Assembly (NCBI GenBank): GCA_938002085.1
Contig: CALLAT010000066.1
Location: 8,820-72,819, forward strand
Length of the DNA: 64,000 nucleotides
Direction of reading: 5' to 3'
Source: an uncultured Pseudanabaenaceae cyanobacterium
GTDB lineage: Bacteria; Cyanobacteriota; Cyanobacteriia; PCC-9006; JAAUQQ01
In this document: positions 51,948 through 62,791 of the stretch, piece by piece
How the letters are laid out: each line of letters opens with the position of its first letter
Position numbering within the stretch: the first letter of the stretch is position 1
Translations under genes and position numbers: made by a program
The notes under the pieces: generated by a model
What the model was told of the DNA's origin: nothing
Databases searched by the model: none
The model's input: the letters and a program-made list of their open reading frames with translations, nothing else

Positions 51948-52078
51948 TCTCCTAGCATTTGTTGCGCATTGATTCTAGGTTCCGAGTATTTAACACGCAT
52001 GTTGGTCATTGTTTGAGCTGCTTTTCTGGGCTCTTCCTTTTTTCTGGCTGACCGATTGAAGACTTTTGAGGTTGATGA

Positions 52079-52618
52079 ATGATTACAGTGACTCTCGGTA
52101 CGATTCCTTACAGCTTCAATCGTTCTATTGCTTGGCTCAAAGCCTTGCTTGATAGTGGCGTTATTGATGAGCCTGTTTTCATTCAATACGGTAATAGTGA
52201 TATTTCTGCGCTGATTAATCATCCGCTCGTCACCGCTGAATCGGTGGTCCCTCAGGCCAAGCTTAAGGCCATGATTGAGCGGTCCCGACTCGTTATTTCC
52301 CATGCGGGGCAAGGTTCGACTCGCCTACTGGCTGCAGCTCAAACCCAGTTCGTTTTACTGCCTCGCTTGGCTAAGCATGAGGAACATGTGGATGATCATC
52401 AGCTCATGTTTGCCCGCAGTGTTGCGAGTCGCGGTGTTCATCACTGTGTGACTTTTGAAGCCTTAGAGCAGGCGGTTCTAGAGCCCCCTGAACTCTGCCC
52501 ACCAGACCTGTTCGCTGGCCCCAAATTGACGGCCCATTTGCTCAAGCGTTATCCCAAGACCACGGCGTATCGAGGGGCAAAGCGGTTCTTGCTCCAGTCT
52601 GTGGCTGGCTCAAATTAG
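52079..52618 (+). CDS. pssE: PssE/Cps14G (Alg13-like) glycosyltransferase subunit
   Basis: MITVTLGT...FNR, IQYG, VISHAGQGS, PRL....EHVDDHQ. Confidence 0.9.
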   Translation: MITVTLGTIPYSFNRSIAWLKALLDSGVIDEPVFIQYGNSDISALINHPLVTAESVVPQAKLKAMIERSRLVISHAGQGSTRLLAAAQTQFVLLPRLAKHEEHVDDHQLMFARSVASRGVHHCVTFEALEQAVLEPPELCPPDLFAGPKLTAHLLKRYPKTTAYRGAKRFLLQSVAGSN

Positions 52619-52856
52619 TCGTCAAGTGTTGGGATTGCAGCATCGATTTTAGCAACAACTCCAGATGGACCTAATCGGTGCCGTCGCTCCGTCTCTGTGC
52701 CTCCTAGCTGTGATATTGGAGCATTAGCTCGCTGTTTCGTGACGGAAACCCAATTTGCATTTGCGAGGGCCAGACTTTCCTGGTTTAACTCAATGGCCCC
52801 GCCGGTCGCGAGTTGAGCTTGGGGCCTACTGAAATTCTCCCTGGGGATCAGGACCA

Positions 52857-54071
52857 ATGGTTTTGGCGACTTCATTTACAACTACCCAGAATAGGGCTCC
52901 TGCCATTGCCCCTGCTAGCAACGTTGTGACTAACTTGGTTACCCAAGCAATGCGGCAGCCTGAGGGAGGCTACATTCCCATGACCCAGGCAGTAGGTGCT
53001 CCTCAGAACGCTCTATTTTTGAGCGTGATTGTCAATAACTATAATTATTCGGCTTTTCTGCGCCAAGCGGTCGATAGCTGTCTGGCTCAGTGTTATGAGC
53101 ATTTTGAAGTGATTGTGGTGGACGATGGCTCGGTGGATGATTCCCCACAGATTATTCGTAGCTATGGCGATCGCATCATTCCTGTTCTCAAATCAAATGG
53201 TGGTCAAGCTTCTGCAATCAATGCTGGCTTTGCTGCTAGCCGAGGGGAGATCATCGTGCTTTTGGATGCCGATGACTACCTCTTTGAGGATGCACTCAGC
53301 ACCATTGCGGCAGCTTGGCAGTCGGGCAATGCAGGCCCAGAGACGGTTCAAATGCAGTGTCGACTCACCCTGGTTGATCCTGAAGGAGAGCCTATTGACC
53401 TGCATCCTGCCCCAGAAATTGCGTTTGATCAGGGGGATGTGCGATCGCTGCTACGCCAGCGGGGTCGCTACAGTACGACCGTGACCAGCGGCATTAGCTT
53501 CCATCGCCGGGTGTTGACCGAGATTTTGCCCATCCCAGAAGCCGACTTTCGTATTTCTGCCGATGGCTATTTAGTTACTGTGGCTCCTTTCTTTGGAGCG
53601 GTGGACTGTATTGAGACTTCGATTGGGGCACGCCGCAAACATCAGAACAATTTTTGGGCACCATTAGGCAAAGCAGTGTGCCTATCTCATCTCCACAACT
53701 CGATTCGGCACGACTTTCTTCGCTACCAGTATTTGAGTCAGATCATCGGGGAAGAACTTTCCCAAGAGCAGTTAGGCCTAGGCGATCACTTGCACCTTAT
53801 GGCTCGCTTGCCCTCCTGCCGTCTTGCTCCTGAACAGCATCCCTGTCCCACGGATCGGCCTAGTTCTCTGGCTTTGCGAGGTGTGCGATCGCTGTGGCAT
53901 CTACGCTCCTACAATGTGCGGCGCAAGTGCATTCTTAGCTCTTGGTTTCTTTGGGTTGGCTTTGCTCCTAGGGCTTTGGTTCGTCCTGTGGTGGCTTGGC
54001 TGCTAGTGAGTGGGTCTCGTCCCCAGCCCATTGACCATCTGCTCAAGATGTTGCGACGCCTGACTCGATAG
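52857..54071 (+). CDS. Glycosyltransferase family 2
   Basis: SVIVNNYNY, EVIVVDDGS.D, NGGQASAINAGF, LLDADD; start may be downstream (about 52980). Confidence 0.92.
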   Translation: MVLATSFTTTQNRAPAIAPASNVVTNLVTQAMRQPEGGYIPMTQAVGAPQNALFLSVIVNNYNYSAFLRQAVDSCLAQCYEHFEVIVVDDGSVDDSPQIIRSYGDRIIPVLKSNGGQASAINAGFAASRGEIIVLLDADDYLFEDALSTIAAAWQSGNAGPETVQMQCRLTLVDPEGEPIDLHPAPEIAFDQGDVRSLLRQRGRYSTTVTSGISFHRRVLTEILPIPEADFRISADGYLVTVAPFFGAVDCIETSIGARRKHQNNFWAPLGKAVCLSHLHNSIRHDFLRYQYLSQIIGEELSQEQLGLGDHLHLMARLPSCRLAPEQHPCPTDRPSSLALRGVRSLWHLRSYNVRRKCILSSWFLWVGFAPRALVRPVVAWLLVSGSRPQPIDHLLKMLRRLTR

Positions 54072-54155
54072 CGATGATCTATCAACCTCCCAGGGATTAC
54101 CGCTGCTCAGCAGTACCTGGCTTCGACGCCCATTCATTTGCACTTCTCCGCCGCC

Positions 54156-55238
54156 ATGGTTTTTCAAGCAGCACCCAAGTCCAAACTCCAACCCATCCCG
54201 GCCAAGCAAGTCGAAGATGCAGTTAATGCTCCTGAGCAGCTGTTCCTGGCCTGGGTGCCTTTTCAACGGCGTGCGGTGACGATGCAGTCCTACTTCGGCT
54301 ATGACCTCCGCCATATCAGCCTTAGCTTCAAGCAGAAGTTTCTGCGCCCTTTTGAGTATGTGATTAAAGCTTGGCAGAGTTTGTGGCTCATGCTGGTTAA
54401 GCGTCCAGCAATTATCTGGGTGCAAATGCCACCGGCACCTTTGCTGTATTTGGTGTTTGCTTACAAGCTGCTGCTCAATCGTCGGGTCAAGCTCGTGGCA
54501 GATTGCCATAATGCAACGTTCCGTGCGCCCTGGATTAATTTCCCTGCTGTTGTAGCTCTGCTCAATCGCTGTGACGCTGTCATCGTTCACAACCACACCG
54601 TGGCCTTGCAAGCGAGAGAACTGGGAATTTCTCCGAGCCATACCCAGGTCCTGCTAGATCGGGTTCAGCCCCTGAATCATGGGGAAGGGTTTGCTGAGGT
54701 GGCCCAGCGCTTGGAATTAAATACCCCTTGGTTCCTGATTCCCTGCTCCTTTAATGCTGATGAGCCCATTGCCGAAATCTTGGAAGCTGCCCGTCAGGCT
54801 CCAGACCTGACTTTTGTGCTGACGGGTAATCCTGCTCGGGCTAAGGGTCGCCATGATCTCGGCCAGGCCCCAGCCAATGTCAAGTTTCCGGGCTTCCTCC
54901 CCGAGGGGCAGTTCAATGAGTTGGTTTACAACGCGACGGCAGTGGTCGGGCTTACCAAGCTGGATGGTATTCAGCTCAGCGTTGCCAATGAGGCGTTGGG
55001 TTGCGATCGCCCCATGGTCCTGGCCAATACTAGCTTGCTACAGCAACTGTTTCCCAAGGGAGCTGTTTATGTTGACCCCATGGATGCCGAAGATTTAGTC
55101 GCGGGTTGCCGACAGGCTCAGGCAGAAAGCGATCGCCTCGCCACTGAAGTGATTGCACTTAAGGCTGAGCGAGCTGATCAATGGTTTGCCTCCGCCGCGC
55201 CCATTCGTCAGACATTATTTGCGAAGTCTTCGCTGTGA
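54156..55238 (+). CDS. Glycosyltransferase, GT4-like
   Basis: W.PFQRR, VQMPP, VADCHN, SFNADEP, V.FPGFL, EALG...PMV. Confidence 0.8.
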   Translation: MVFQAAPKSKLQPIPAKQVEDAVNAPEQLFLAWVPFQRRAVTMQSYFGYDLRHISLSFKQKFLRPFEYVIKAWQSLWLMLVKRPAIIWVQMPPAPLLYLVFAYKLLLNRRVKLVADCHNATFRAPWINFPAVVALLNRCDAVIVHNHTVALQARELGISPSHTQVLLDRVQPLNHGEGFAEVAQRLELNTPWFLIPCSFNADEPIAEILEAARQAPDLTFVLTGNPARAKGRHDLGQAPANVKFPGFLPEGQFNELVYNATAVVGLTKLDGIQLSVANEALGCDRPMVLANTSLLQQLFPKGAVYVDPMDAEDLVAGCRQAQAESDRLATEVIALKAERADQWFASAAPIRQTLFAKSSL

Positions 55239-55454
55239 GTTTTTGAGACGTCTCTTGAGCTTGTGAGGGGCTGGGATTGAGTCTTCCACCCAGCACAGTT
55301 CTCTCATAACGCTTAAGCCCATCATTGCCAATGGTTGAGCCCAGCATGTGCTGCTGGGTCATTTCACTTTGACTTAAGCGGCTAGAGAATCTTGTGTCTA
55401 CCGAGGCTTGTGCTGAAGGGCATCTACCCAAATCCCTTCATTCCGATCGTCGTC

Positions 55455-57155
55455 ATGAAACGTCGTGTTCTTGCCCTAGGCTTAGATGCTGCTGACCCTA
55501 CCTTGATGGAACCTTGGATGGACCAGGGTCTATTGCCCAATCTCAATTTCCTGCGTCAAAACGGGGCCTATGGACACCTGCGGACTCAAGTTGGGCACCA
55601 AGGGCAGCATGAGAATTTCTCCAATACGGAGCCGCTCTGGGTCATGGCCATGACGGGCTGCCTACCTCACAAGACGGGCTTCTGGGACACGATTGAATAT
55701 GACCCCAAGCATTACAGCATCCAGCTAGATTCAGTCTATGGGGGCTATGACTATAAGGAATACAAACCCTTCTATGCATTAAACGATCTCAATACCACTG
55801 CTTTTGATGTCCCAGTCACCCGGGTGATTGAAGATGTGCAGGGCACTCAAATTACGGGCTGGGGGGGGCATCATCCCTTCTATCCCAGTGAATCCAGTCC
55901 TCCTGAAGCTTTGGCGATGATCCTGCAGAAATTCGGTCCCAATCCTATTTATCGCCAGGACAACGGCAAATGGTGGGATCAGCAATATGGAGCTTGGGTT
56001 CAGCAAGCTTTAGCAGAAAGTTGCAAGACCCGCGCCACGATCGCGAAGGCGCTCGTCAAGCGCCAGGATTGGGACCTTTGCCTCATGGGCATTGGTGAGA
56101 CCCACACTGCGGGTCATGACCTCTACGATCAAAGCCAAGCTGATCATCCTTTTTACCCGTTTCGCCAAGCTAAAAATGGTGCTGATCCACTTCTCAAGGC
56201 CTATCAGCAAGTGGACCAAGCGGTGGGCCAGATCTACTCAGCGGCACCTACGGATACTTATCTCGTCAGCTTTTCCCTCCATGGGATTGGTCCTAACCAC
56301 ACGGATTTGCTCAGCTTGTTCTTTTTAGGCGAAGTTCTGTACCGCTGGAACTTCCCCGGCACCGTTGGCTTTACTGATGGTGATCTGACTCGGCCCCCGG
56401 CTGACCCTCGGCGCTCTCCTAAACGCGGTGGATGGAGTGATGAGATTTGGTGTCAGTTGGCTGATGACAACGGACTTAGACGCTGGTGGCGACGGCATTG
56501 CCCCACCCGCTTCTGGCCCGATCAAGATAACGGCCTCACTTCACCCGTTGGCTTAAAACGTCAGGGACAGTCCCAAAGCTGGATGCCCATTTTGGCCTAT
56601 CGACATCGCTGGCCCACTATGCGAGCCTTTGCCCTGCCTGGGTTTGCTGACGGCCAAGTTCGCATTAACCTTCGGGGGCGCGAAGCCAACGGTCAGGTTG
56701 CGCCAGAGGACTACAACGCGACCTGCGATGAATTGATTGAAATGCTCCATGGGCTGAAGGATAGCCGCAGCGGATTGCCCTTAGTCAAAGCCGTGCAGCG
56801 CACCCGAGCCGGTGCTGAGGATGAGAGCGATCGCCATCCCCACGCCGATCTGATGGTGATCTGGAATGACTGTCCCACGGATGTGATTGAAAGCCCTCAG
56901 CTCGGTCGTATTGGTCCCGTCACCTACAACCGCCCCGGTGGCCACAGAGCCCGAGGGCATTTCATGGTCCAAGGCCCCGGTATCAAGTCGGGGAGTCAGC
57001 TCCCCACAGGCCAAGCCGTGGATGTTGCCGCTACAATTCTGCATCTCCTGGGTGAACCTCGACCAGAGCATTTTGATGGACAGGCCCTGCTGAGCTTGGA
57101 TTCTGGCCCCATGGATGCGAGTCAAAAGTCAGAACTGTCTCGATCTGATGCCTAG
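55455..57155 (+). CDS. Alkaline phosphatase superfamily (nucleotide pyrophosphatase/phosphodiesterase-like) protein
   Basis: VLALGLDAAD, LPNL, W...MTG..P.KTG, RINLRGRE..G.V, GGHR..G, DVAATILHLLG, DG..L; ATG at 55455. Confidence 0.88.
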   Translation: MKRRVLALGLDAADPTLMEPWMDQGLLPNLNFLRQNGAYGHLRTQVGHQGQHENFSNTEPLWVMAMTGCLPHKTGFWDTIEYDPKHYSIQLDSVYGGYDYKEYKPFYALNDLNTTAFDVPVTRVIEDVQGTQITGWGGHHPFYPSESSPPEALAMILQKFGPNPIYRQDNGKWWDQQYGAWVQQALAESCKTRATIAKALVKRQDWDLCLMGIGETHTAGHDLYDQSQADHPFYPFRQAKNGADPLLKAYQQVDQAVGQIYSAAPTDTYLVSFSLHGIGPNHTDLLSLFFLGEVLYRWNFPGTVGFTDGDLTRPPADPRRSPKRGGWSDEIWCQLADDNGLRRWWRRHCPTRFWPDQDNGLTSPVGLKRQGQSQSWMPILAYRHRWPTMRAFALPGFADGQVRINLRGREANGQVAPEDYNATCDELIEMLHGLKDSRSGLPLVKAVQRTRAGAEDESDRHPHADLMVIWNDCPTDVIESPQLGRIGPVTYNRPGGHRARGHFMVQGPGIKSGSQLPTGQAVDVAATILHLLGEPRPEHFDGQALLSLDSGPMDASQKSELSRSDA

Positions 57156-57248
57156 CCGGGCAACCTAGGGGCAACGGTCCCTGCGGGGAACCGTATCCAT
57201 TTGAGTCACCCGCCGCATCGCCATCGCTCTTCCCTGTCTGGGTTCGCC

Positions 57249-58568
57249 ATGACCTTGCCTCCTATTTTTGCCCGCCTGGAAAAGGCTTTTACTGTTGCGG
57301 TTCTCATCCTCTATTCCGGAGGACCGTTCACTGTCTTTCTTTCCGGTGGATATAGCCAGGGCGATCCTGGAGATGCGCCAGCTGATTATCCGATCATGAA
57401 GCTGGTGTTTATTACGACCTACTGTGCTTTTGCGGCCCTGCTGACTTGTCGCTGGCGCCAGACCCTAGAGACGTTGCTGCGCGATCGCTTCACTCTACTC
57501 TTTGTGGCATTGGCCGTAGGCTCCTTTGCTTGGTCTGCCGCCCCAGATGAAACCTTTGCTAAAAGCATTGCCTTCATCGGCACAACGCTGTTTGGCATTT
57601 ACTTCGCAGGACGCTATTCCCAAGACAATCAGCTGCGACTTCTGGCTTGGGCCTTTGGCGGTATTGTTTGCCTTAGCTTTTTTTATGCCATCGCCCTGCC
57701 CAAGTACGGCATTATGGGCGGTACCCACACGGGCGACTGGCGCGGGATTTACACCCACAAAAATACCTTGGGCAAGCTGATGGTTTTGAGTGTGGCTGTC
57801 TTTTTACTGCGATCGCTCCAGCCCAAACGACCTCGCTCCAGCGCTCGCTTTTGGTCCCTCGCAGGCCTGATGGGCTCAGTGATGCTCATTGGACTCTGCA
57901 CTTCTAAAGGGGCGATGATCAATGCCAGTGTCGTTATTGGGGCGATCGTCGTTTGTCTTGCCCTGCGTCGCTGGTCCATCTCCTTCTTACTGCCCTGTCT
58001 CATCGGGGGCATGACTCTGGCCCTGGGCAGTGGCATCTGGATTTCCCAAAACCTCGCTGGCATTGCAAACTTCCTCAACAAAGACGTCACCCTAACGGGG
58101 CGCACAGATATCTGGGCCCTAACCTTTGACAAGCTGGTTGAGCGGCCCTGGTTTGGCTACGGCTACTACGGCTTCTGGCAGGGGCTCGACAGCGAAGCCG
58201 GTGATGTTTGGCGCATCTATGGTTGGGAGACGCCCAATGCCCACAACGGCTTCCTGGATATTGCCATCCAGCTAGGTTTCATCGGCCTTTGCCTCTTCCT
58301 CGTCAGTCTTCTCTACCACGCAATTCTCAGCCTGATCCAGCTTCGCCAAAGCCAATCCGTCACGCATATCTGGCCGCTGGCCTTCATGGTTTACATGATC
58401 ATGGGCAACCTACCAGAGAGTAGCCTCCTTGTGCCCAATGACCTGTTTTGGGTGTTCTATGTCGCCCTGAGTCTCCAACCTTATCAATTGACCCAGCCGC
58501 AACCCCAGCCCCATTACAGCTCAACCCCTGAAACGCCACAAAACCTTCTGGAGGGCTACAGCTCATGA
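57249..58568 (+). CDS. wzy: O-antigen ligase / Wzy-type polysaccharide polymerase
   Basis: Multi-TM; WRGIYTHKNTLG, TLTGRTDIW, RPWFGYGY..FW, AHNGFLD. Confidence 0.88.
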   Translation: MTLPPIFARLEKAFTVAVLILYSGGPFTVFLSGGYSQGDPGDAPADYPIMKLVFITTYCAFAALLTCRWRQTLETLLRDRFTLLFVALAVGSFAWSAAPDETFAKSIAFIGTTLFGIYFAGRYSQDNQLRLLAWAFGGIVCLSFFYAIALPKYGIMGGTHTGDWRGIYTHKNTLGKLMVLSVAVFLLRSLQPKRPRSSARFWSLAGLMGSVMLIGLCTSKGAMINASVVIGAIVVCLALRRWSISFLLPCLIGGMTLALGSGIWISQNLAGIANFLNKDVTLTGRTDIWALTFDKLVERPWFGYGYYGFWQGLDSEAGDVWRIYGWETPNAHNGFLDIAIQLGFIGLCLFLVSLLYHAILSLIQLRQSQSVTHIWPLAFMVYMIMGNLPESSLLVPNDLFWVFYVALSLQPYQLTQPQPQPHYSSTPETPQNLLEGYSS

Positions 58569-59854
58569 AATCCCTCCTCGCTAAACTCGAAAAACTCCGA
58601 CATAACAGCACTGCCCAGGGCACCCTCTGGGTCTTAGGGGCGCGCCTGCTGCGGACATTTCTTCAGTCCGCCTATTTCCTGCTGGTGGCTCGTGCCCTAG
58701 GGGCGCAGCAATATGGCACCTTCATTGGCGTTACGGCTCTAACAAAGGTTCTGCTTCCCTTTGCAGCTTGGGGCTCAGCCCAGGTGTTGACTAAGCAAGT
58801 GGCGCGTAACAGAGGACATTTCCCCCAGGCCTGGGGCAATGCGCTGTATCTGGTCACCACCTTTTCCCTACTCAGCTTTGCTTTGCTGATTCCCGCTGGG
58901 GAAATCATCCTGCCCAACGTGGCTCACCTTGGCCTCTGGGTCAGCATTGGCATTGCAGAACTATTCTTCTCTCGCATCCTTGATGTTGCCCTCAAGGCTT
59001 TCCTGGCTGTAGAGCTGGCTCATAGGAATGCTCAGCTCCATGTTCTACTCAGCATTAACAGTGTTCTCGCTGCCCTTTGCCTCAGCCTTTTTATTCCTGA
59101 ACCCACAGCTTTGATTTGGGGACAGTTTTATCTGCTGAGTCGTATTGCAACTGCTGCTGTGGCCCTCTTCTTAGTTTGGCGTGATATCGGTCCCCCCCGC
59201 CTAGCCCTCAAGCAAATCCACCCTGAACTGACCCAGGGATTTTATTTTGCTGTAGACCTCTCTGCCCAGAGCTTTTCGGCCGATTTAGATAAAACCATGT
59301 TGGCTCGCATGGCAACCCTCCAGGCCACCGGTATCTACGGTGCCGCCTACCGCATTATTGATGTGGCCATGGCCCCAGTCTTCTCCGTTATGGCTGTGTC
59401 CTATGCCAAATTTTTTAAGAAAGGCGCTGCTGGCATCCAGGGCAGTCTAAGCGTTGCCAAGCGTCTTGTTCCGCTGGCAGGGAGCTATGGCGCGATAGCC
59501 ACTGTCGGCCTATGGCTGGTTGCGCCGCTGGTGCCCTATGTTCTGGGGCCGGAATATGAACCCGCGATCGCAGCCCTGCGCTGGCTCTCCCCCATCCTGC
59601 TGTTCAAATCCTTGCAATACTTCGCGGCTGATACCCTCACCGGTGCAGGACTTCAGGGCCACCGTACATTCCTTCAAGTTGTAATGGCAATTTTCAATGG
59701 CTTGGGTAATGCTTGGCTGATTCCTCTCTACTCTTGGAAAGGAGCAGCTTGGGCCAGCCTGACCACCGATGGAGTCTTGACCCTTAGTCTTTGGGGATTG
59801 GTGTTCTTCTTCAACAAGCGGGCGAACCAGATCCAGCAGGCATCAAAAGCTTAG
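58565..59854 (+). CDS. wzx: Wzx-type polysaccharide flippase
   Basis: ARALGAQQYG, DLDKTML, GIYGAAYRI, about 12 TM; 4-bp ATGA overlap with wzy. Confidence 0.9.
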   Translation: MKSLLAKLEKLRHNSTAQGTLWVLGARLLRTFLQSAYFLLVARALGAQQYGTFIGVTALTKVLLPFAAWGSAQVLTKQVARNRGHFPQAWGNALYLVTTFSLLSFALLIPAGEIILPNVAHLGLWVSIGIAELFFSRILDVALKAFLAVELAHRNAQLHVLLSINSVLAALCLSLFIPEPTALIWGQFYLLSRIATAAVALFLVWRDIGPPRLALKQIHPELTQGFYFAVDLSAQSFSADLDKTMLARMATLQATGIYGAAYRIIDVAMAPVFSVMAVSYAKFFKKGAAGIQGSLSVAKRLVPLAGSYGAIATVGLWLVAPLVPYVLGPEYEPAIAALRWLSPILLFKSLQYFAADTLTGAGLQGHRTFLQVVMAIFNGLGNAWLIPLYSWKGAAWASLTTDGVLTLSLWGLVFFFNKRANQIQQASKA

Positions 59855-60091
59855 TCAACTTGGCTCAGCCTCTTTCACAGCTCAAAATTGCATCATTGCT
59901 CCGAATGCCTTGGGGCTTTTGGGTGTTTATGCAACTAATTGTGCCCTCTGGGTGCGTGATTGATGAACTCAATGGAAGAAATATGAGTAGACCTAGCTCT
60001 TTTATTCATCTTTCTGCCATAGGTATTCGTCAGTTAATCTGTGAGTCCCCTTAAGAATATCGAGTCAGTTTGCACATATTGCCAGGCTATT

Positions 60092-61078
60092 TTAAGTAGA
60101 TGATGGAGATATCAAAGCTTTTGGAAAATGCTTGGCCTGATACTTTAAGTGCTGGAATAGATTACGGAAATTCTCGTAACGCTCTAGGCCTAGAGTCTGC
60201 ACAATAACTAAAGCGATACTCAACCGAATACATTGGTCTGAGAACTTCAAATCGGGGCAATAGTTTAATGCTGTTTCTCGGAATTTTTTGGCTGCAGCAC
60301 AGTCGCCTCCCTGGTTTTGCAGCATCTTCCAAGCTGTACGCAGATAGGCATGACCGTAACACCTGCCCTTAAAAGATTGCCGCTCTTCAGGTAACTCTGA
60401 AAAAACTTTCTCAATAATAGCCTTATAGTTAGACTCAACTTTTTGCCATTGCTTAGAAGTGTTATTGGGATGGAAACGATAATGTACTAACACTTTTGGG
60501 ATGACTTGAAACTCGTACTTTGTTGCAATACGCAGCCACATCTCCCAGGTCTGGGCATAGGCAAAGCGAGTGTCAAATAGGCCCACTGTGTCAAAGCATT
60601 CTCGACGGATCATTGGAGTGCTACCGCAAACCAGAAGGTCTTGTTCTATTAACGATTCCCAGACATCTCCCGTCGCAGTATTTTGATAAACTTTTCCTTC
60701 AAGTACGCCATCAGAATCCATTGTCGCGACCCAGGTGTAGACTAAACCCACATTCTTTTCTTCGTCTAGAATGCGAACTTGCTGAGCTAGTTTCGTCGGC
60801 TCCCACCAATCATCTGAATCCAGGAAAGCAAGGTATTCTCCAGTCGCATGTGATATTCCGGTATTACGCGCAGCCGCACTGCCAGCATTTTCCTGGGAAA
60901 AAAATCTAATGCGAGAGTCCGTTAGCTGAGCAGCCCAAGATTTAATCTCATCATGGCTACCATCATCAACAATAAGCAGTTCAAAGTCTTGGAAAGTTTG
61001 CTCTAATACGCAATCTAGCGCTTGAGGCAAATAGAGCATTGCATTGTAAGCGGCGATTACAATAGAGACTTTAGGCAT
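60092..61078 (-). CDS. Glycosyltransferase family 2
   Basis: PKVSIVIAAYN, LIVDDGS.D, NAGSAAARNTGI, FLDSDD. Confidence 0.95.
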   Translation of the reverse strand: MPKVSIVIAAYNAMLYLPQALDCVLEQTFQDFELLIVDDGSHDEIKSWAAQLTDSRIRFFSQENAGSAAARNTGISHATGEYLAFLDSDDWWEPTKLAQQVRILDEEKNVGLVYTWVATMDSDGVLEGKVYQNTATGDVWESLIEQDLLVCGSTPMIRRECFDTVGLFDTRFAYAQTWEMWLRIATKYEFQVIPKVLVHYRFHPNNTSKQWQKVESNYKAIIEKVFSELPEERQSFKGRCYGHAYLRTAWKMLQNQGGDCAAAKKFRETALNYCPDLKFSDQCIRLSIALVIVQTLGLERYENFRNLFQHLKYQAKHFPKALISPSST

Positions 61079-61430
61079 GGTCGTTTTACTTTAAGAAGAA
61101 GCTTTTAGAAAATAATATGGATGCTTAGATTTATAGACATGGGAAGTCCAGTTCCTAAACCTGAGGAAAACACAAGACATTTTCTCTCCAGATAGAGGCG
61201 CTCTATTATACAGCGATTCCGCCCTCCTTCCTAAAACATGGTCGCGACATAAGTAGCTTGCAGGGAGGGCGTTTTATCATTCATCGCATTACTGCTTACA
61301 TTAATTAAACGGATGACATCTTGATTATGCGATCGCTTAAATGAAAGTTCGCGCTTTTCGATGACGTCAGCAAAAAACTACTACCAAGCGATTCTCTAAC
61401 GTTTTTCTCCACAATTAATCACATTCTTAC

Positions 61431-62426
61431 TTAGCTGGATAGCGGAAGCATGCGACGCAAAGCATAAAAACTCTCGAGGCAGTAACCATAAAATTGCTCA
61501 CCCAGTAAGCGCATTGCAACAGTTGTAATTTGTAAGCGATAACGGTCCTTAGAAAGACGCAGGTCAGGGTCGTGTTTCAATGCTCTTTTCAAGAACATTT
61601 CAGAGATGGCATAGTCCTTTTTCTCACTCTGGAGTGGTTTCCATGCCAGAGAAATCTCAATGCGTGCCCAAGCTTTGTCAATCAACCGTTTCTTCTCTTG
61701 CTCGCTCATGTCAGCAGGAGCTAAATCAAGTGCCTTGTCTAAAATAATTTTGGCGCTTCGAGACATTGCATTCCAATCTTTAGAAGCACTACTAGGATGC
61801 TGACGATAATCTACAAGCACCTCACGAACAACCTCAAATGCATAATGGGGTGCTATTCGCAGCCACATATCTCGGTCTTCCATATAGGAGCCAAGATTCT
61901 CGTCAAAGTCGCCAACTTTATCAAAGCAAACTTTTCTAATCATGGGTGTACTGCCAGAACCAACGCAATTTCTGATCAGTAATTCTTTCCAGACCATTCC
62001 TGATTGGAAACTCTTTACAAGCCTGCCGGTAGAGGTTCCTAAAGGGTCAACTAGTTTCATCCAGCAATAAACTAAACCTACACTGGGATTGCTGTCTAAT
62101 ACTTGAACTTGCTTTTGTAGTTTGGTCTTGTGCCAACAATCATCAGCATCCAATAAAGCAAGATACTCGCCTCGAGCTTCCCGTATACCAGTATTGCGAG
62201 CTCCAGCGAGACCTCGATTTTTTTGAGATACTAATCGGAAGCGTGGATCTTGGACCGTAGCAGCCCAAGTCTTGATGTCATCTTGGCTGCCATCGTCTAC
62301 AACAATAACTTCGTAATCTTCAAAGGTTTGAATGAAAACGCTATTTAATGATTCGGGTAAATAATCCATCGCATTATATGCAGGGATTATCACCGATACT
62401 TTAGGAGTTTTATCAATAGATAGCAT
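61431..62426 (-). CDS. Glycosyltransferase family 2 (paralogue of 60092-61078)
   Basis: PKVSVIIPAYN, VVDDGS.D, NRGLAGARNTGI, LLDADD, EDRDMWLR. Confidence 0.95.
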   Translation of the reverse strand: MLSIDKTPKVSVIIPAYNAMDYLPESLNSVFIQTFEDYEVIVVDDGSQDDIKTWAATVQDPRFRLVSQKNRGLAGARNTGIREARGEYLALLDADDCWHKTKLQKQVQVLDSNPSVGLVYCWMKLVDPLGTSTGRLVKSFQSGMVWKELLIRNCVGSGSTPMIRKVCFDKVGDFDENLGSYMEDRDMWLRIAPHYAFEVVREVLVDYRQHPSSASKDWNAMSRSAKIILDKALDLAPADMSEQEKKRLIDKAWARIEISLAWKPLQSEKKDYAISEMFLKRALKHDPDLRLSKDRYRLQITTVAMRLLGEQFYGYCLESFYALRRMLPLSS

Positions 62427-62791
62427 GATTAAAAATTATAGAATGTGTGAAAATCAGTAAACTCTGATCAAAGAAAATGGATAGAAAAATCTAGTATCAG
62501 TAGGCTAAAACAAAAATGCTAGATTTAATAGGATAAACAGCCTTTTCCTTTATGTTCCAGTACTACGGGACCGAAGTTGAATTTGGGCCAAAATCTAGAA
62601 AATTGATGGGATGAAAGACCTTGTTGAATTGTCTGACCACCTCCATTCATTTACCCATTGTATTGTGAAAATCAAGCTGAAACCCTAGACAAGTATTGTT
62701 CTCAGCCTGAGTCTTTCACTTCGAGGTCACGGACTAGAAGGGGATACAGCATGAATGTGCATCCCCGCATCCCCAGGAGCAACCAATCCAC

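Larger units (their letters stand above)
335..61336. repeat. HIP1 (GCGATCGC) dispersed palindrome, roughly 50 copies
   Basis: e.g. 335, 1171, 2523, 2590, 44469, 61329; only 1-2 copies expected by chance in 64 kb. Confidence 0.95.
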
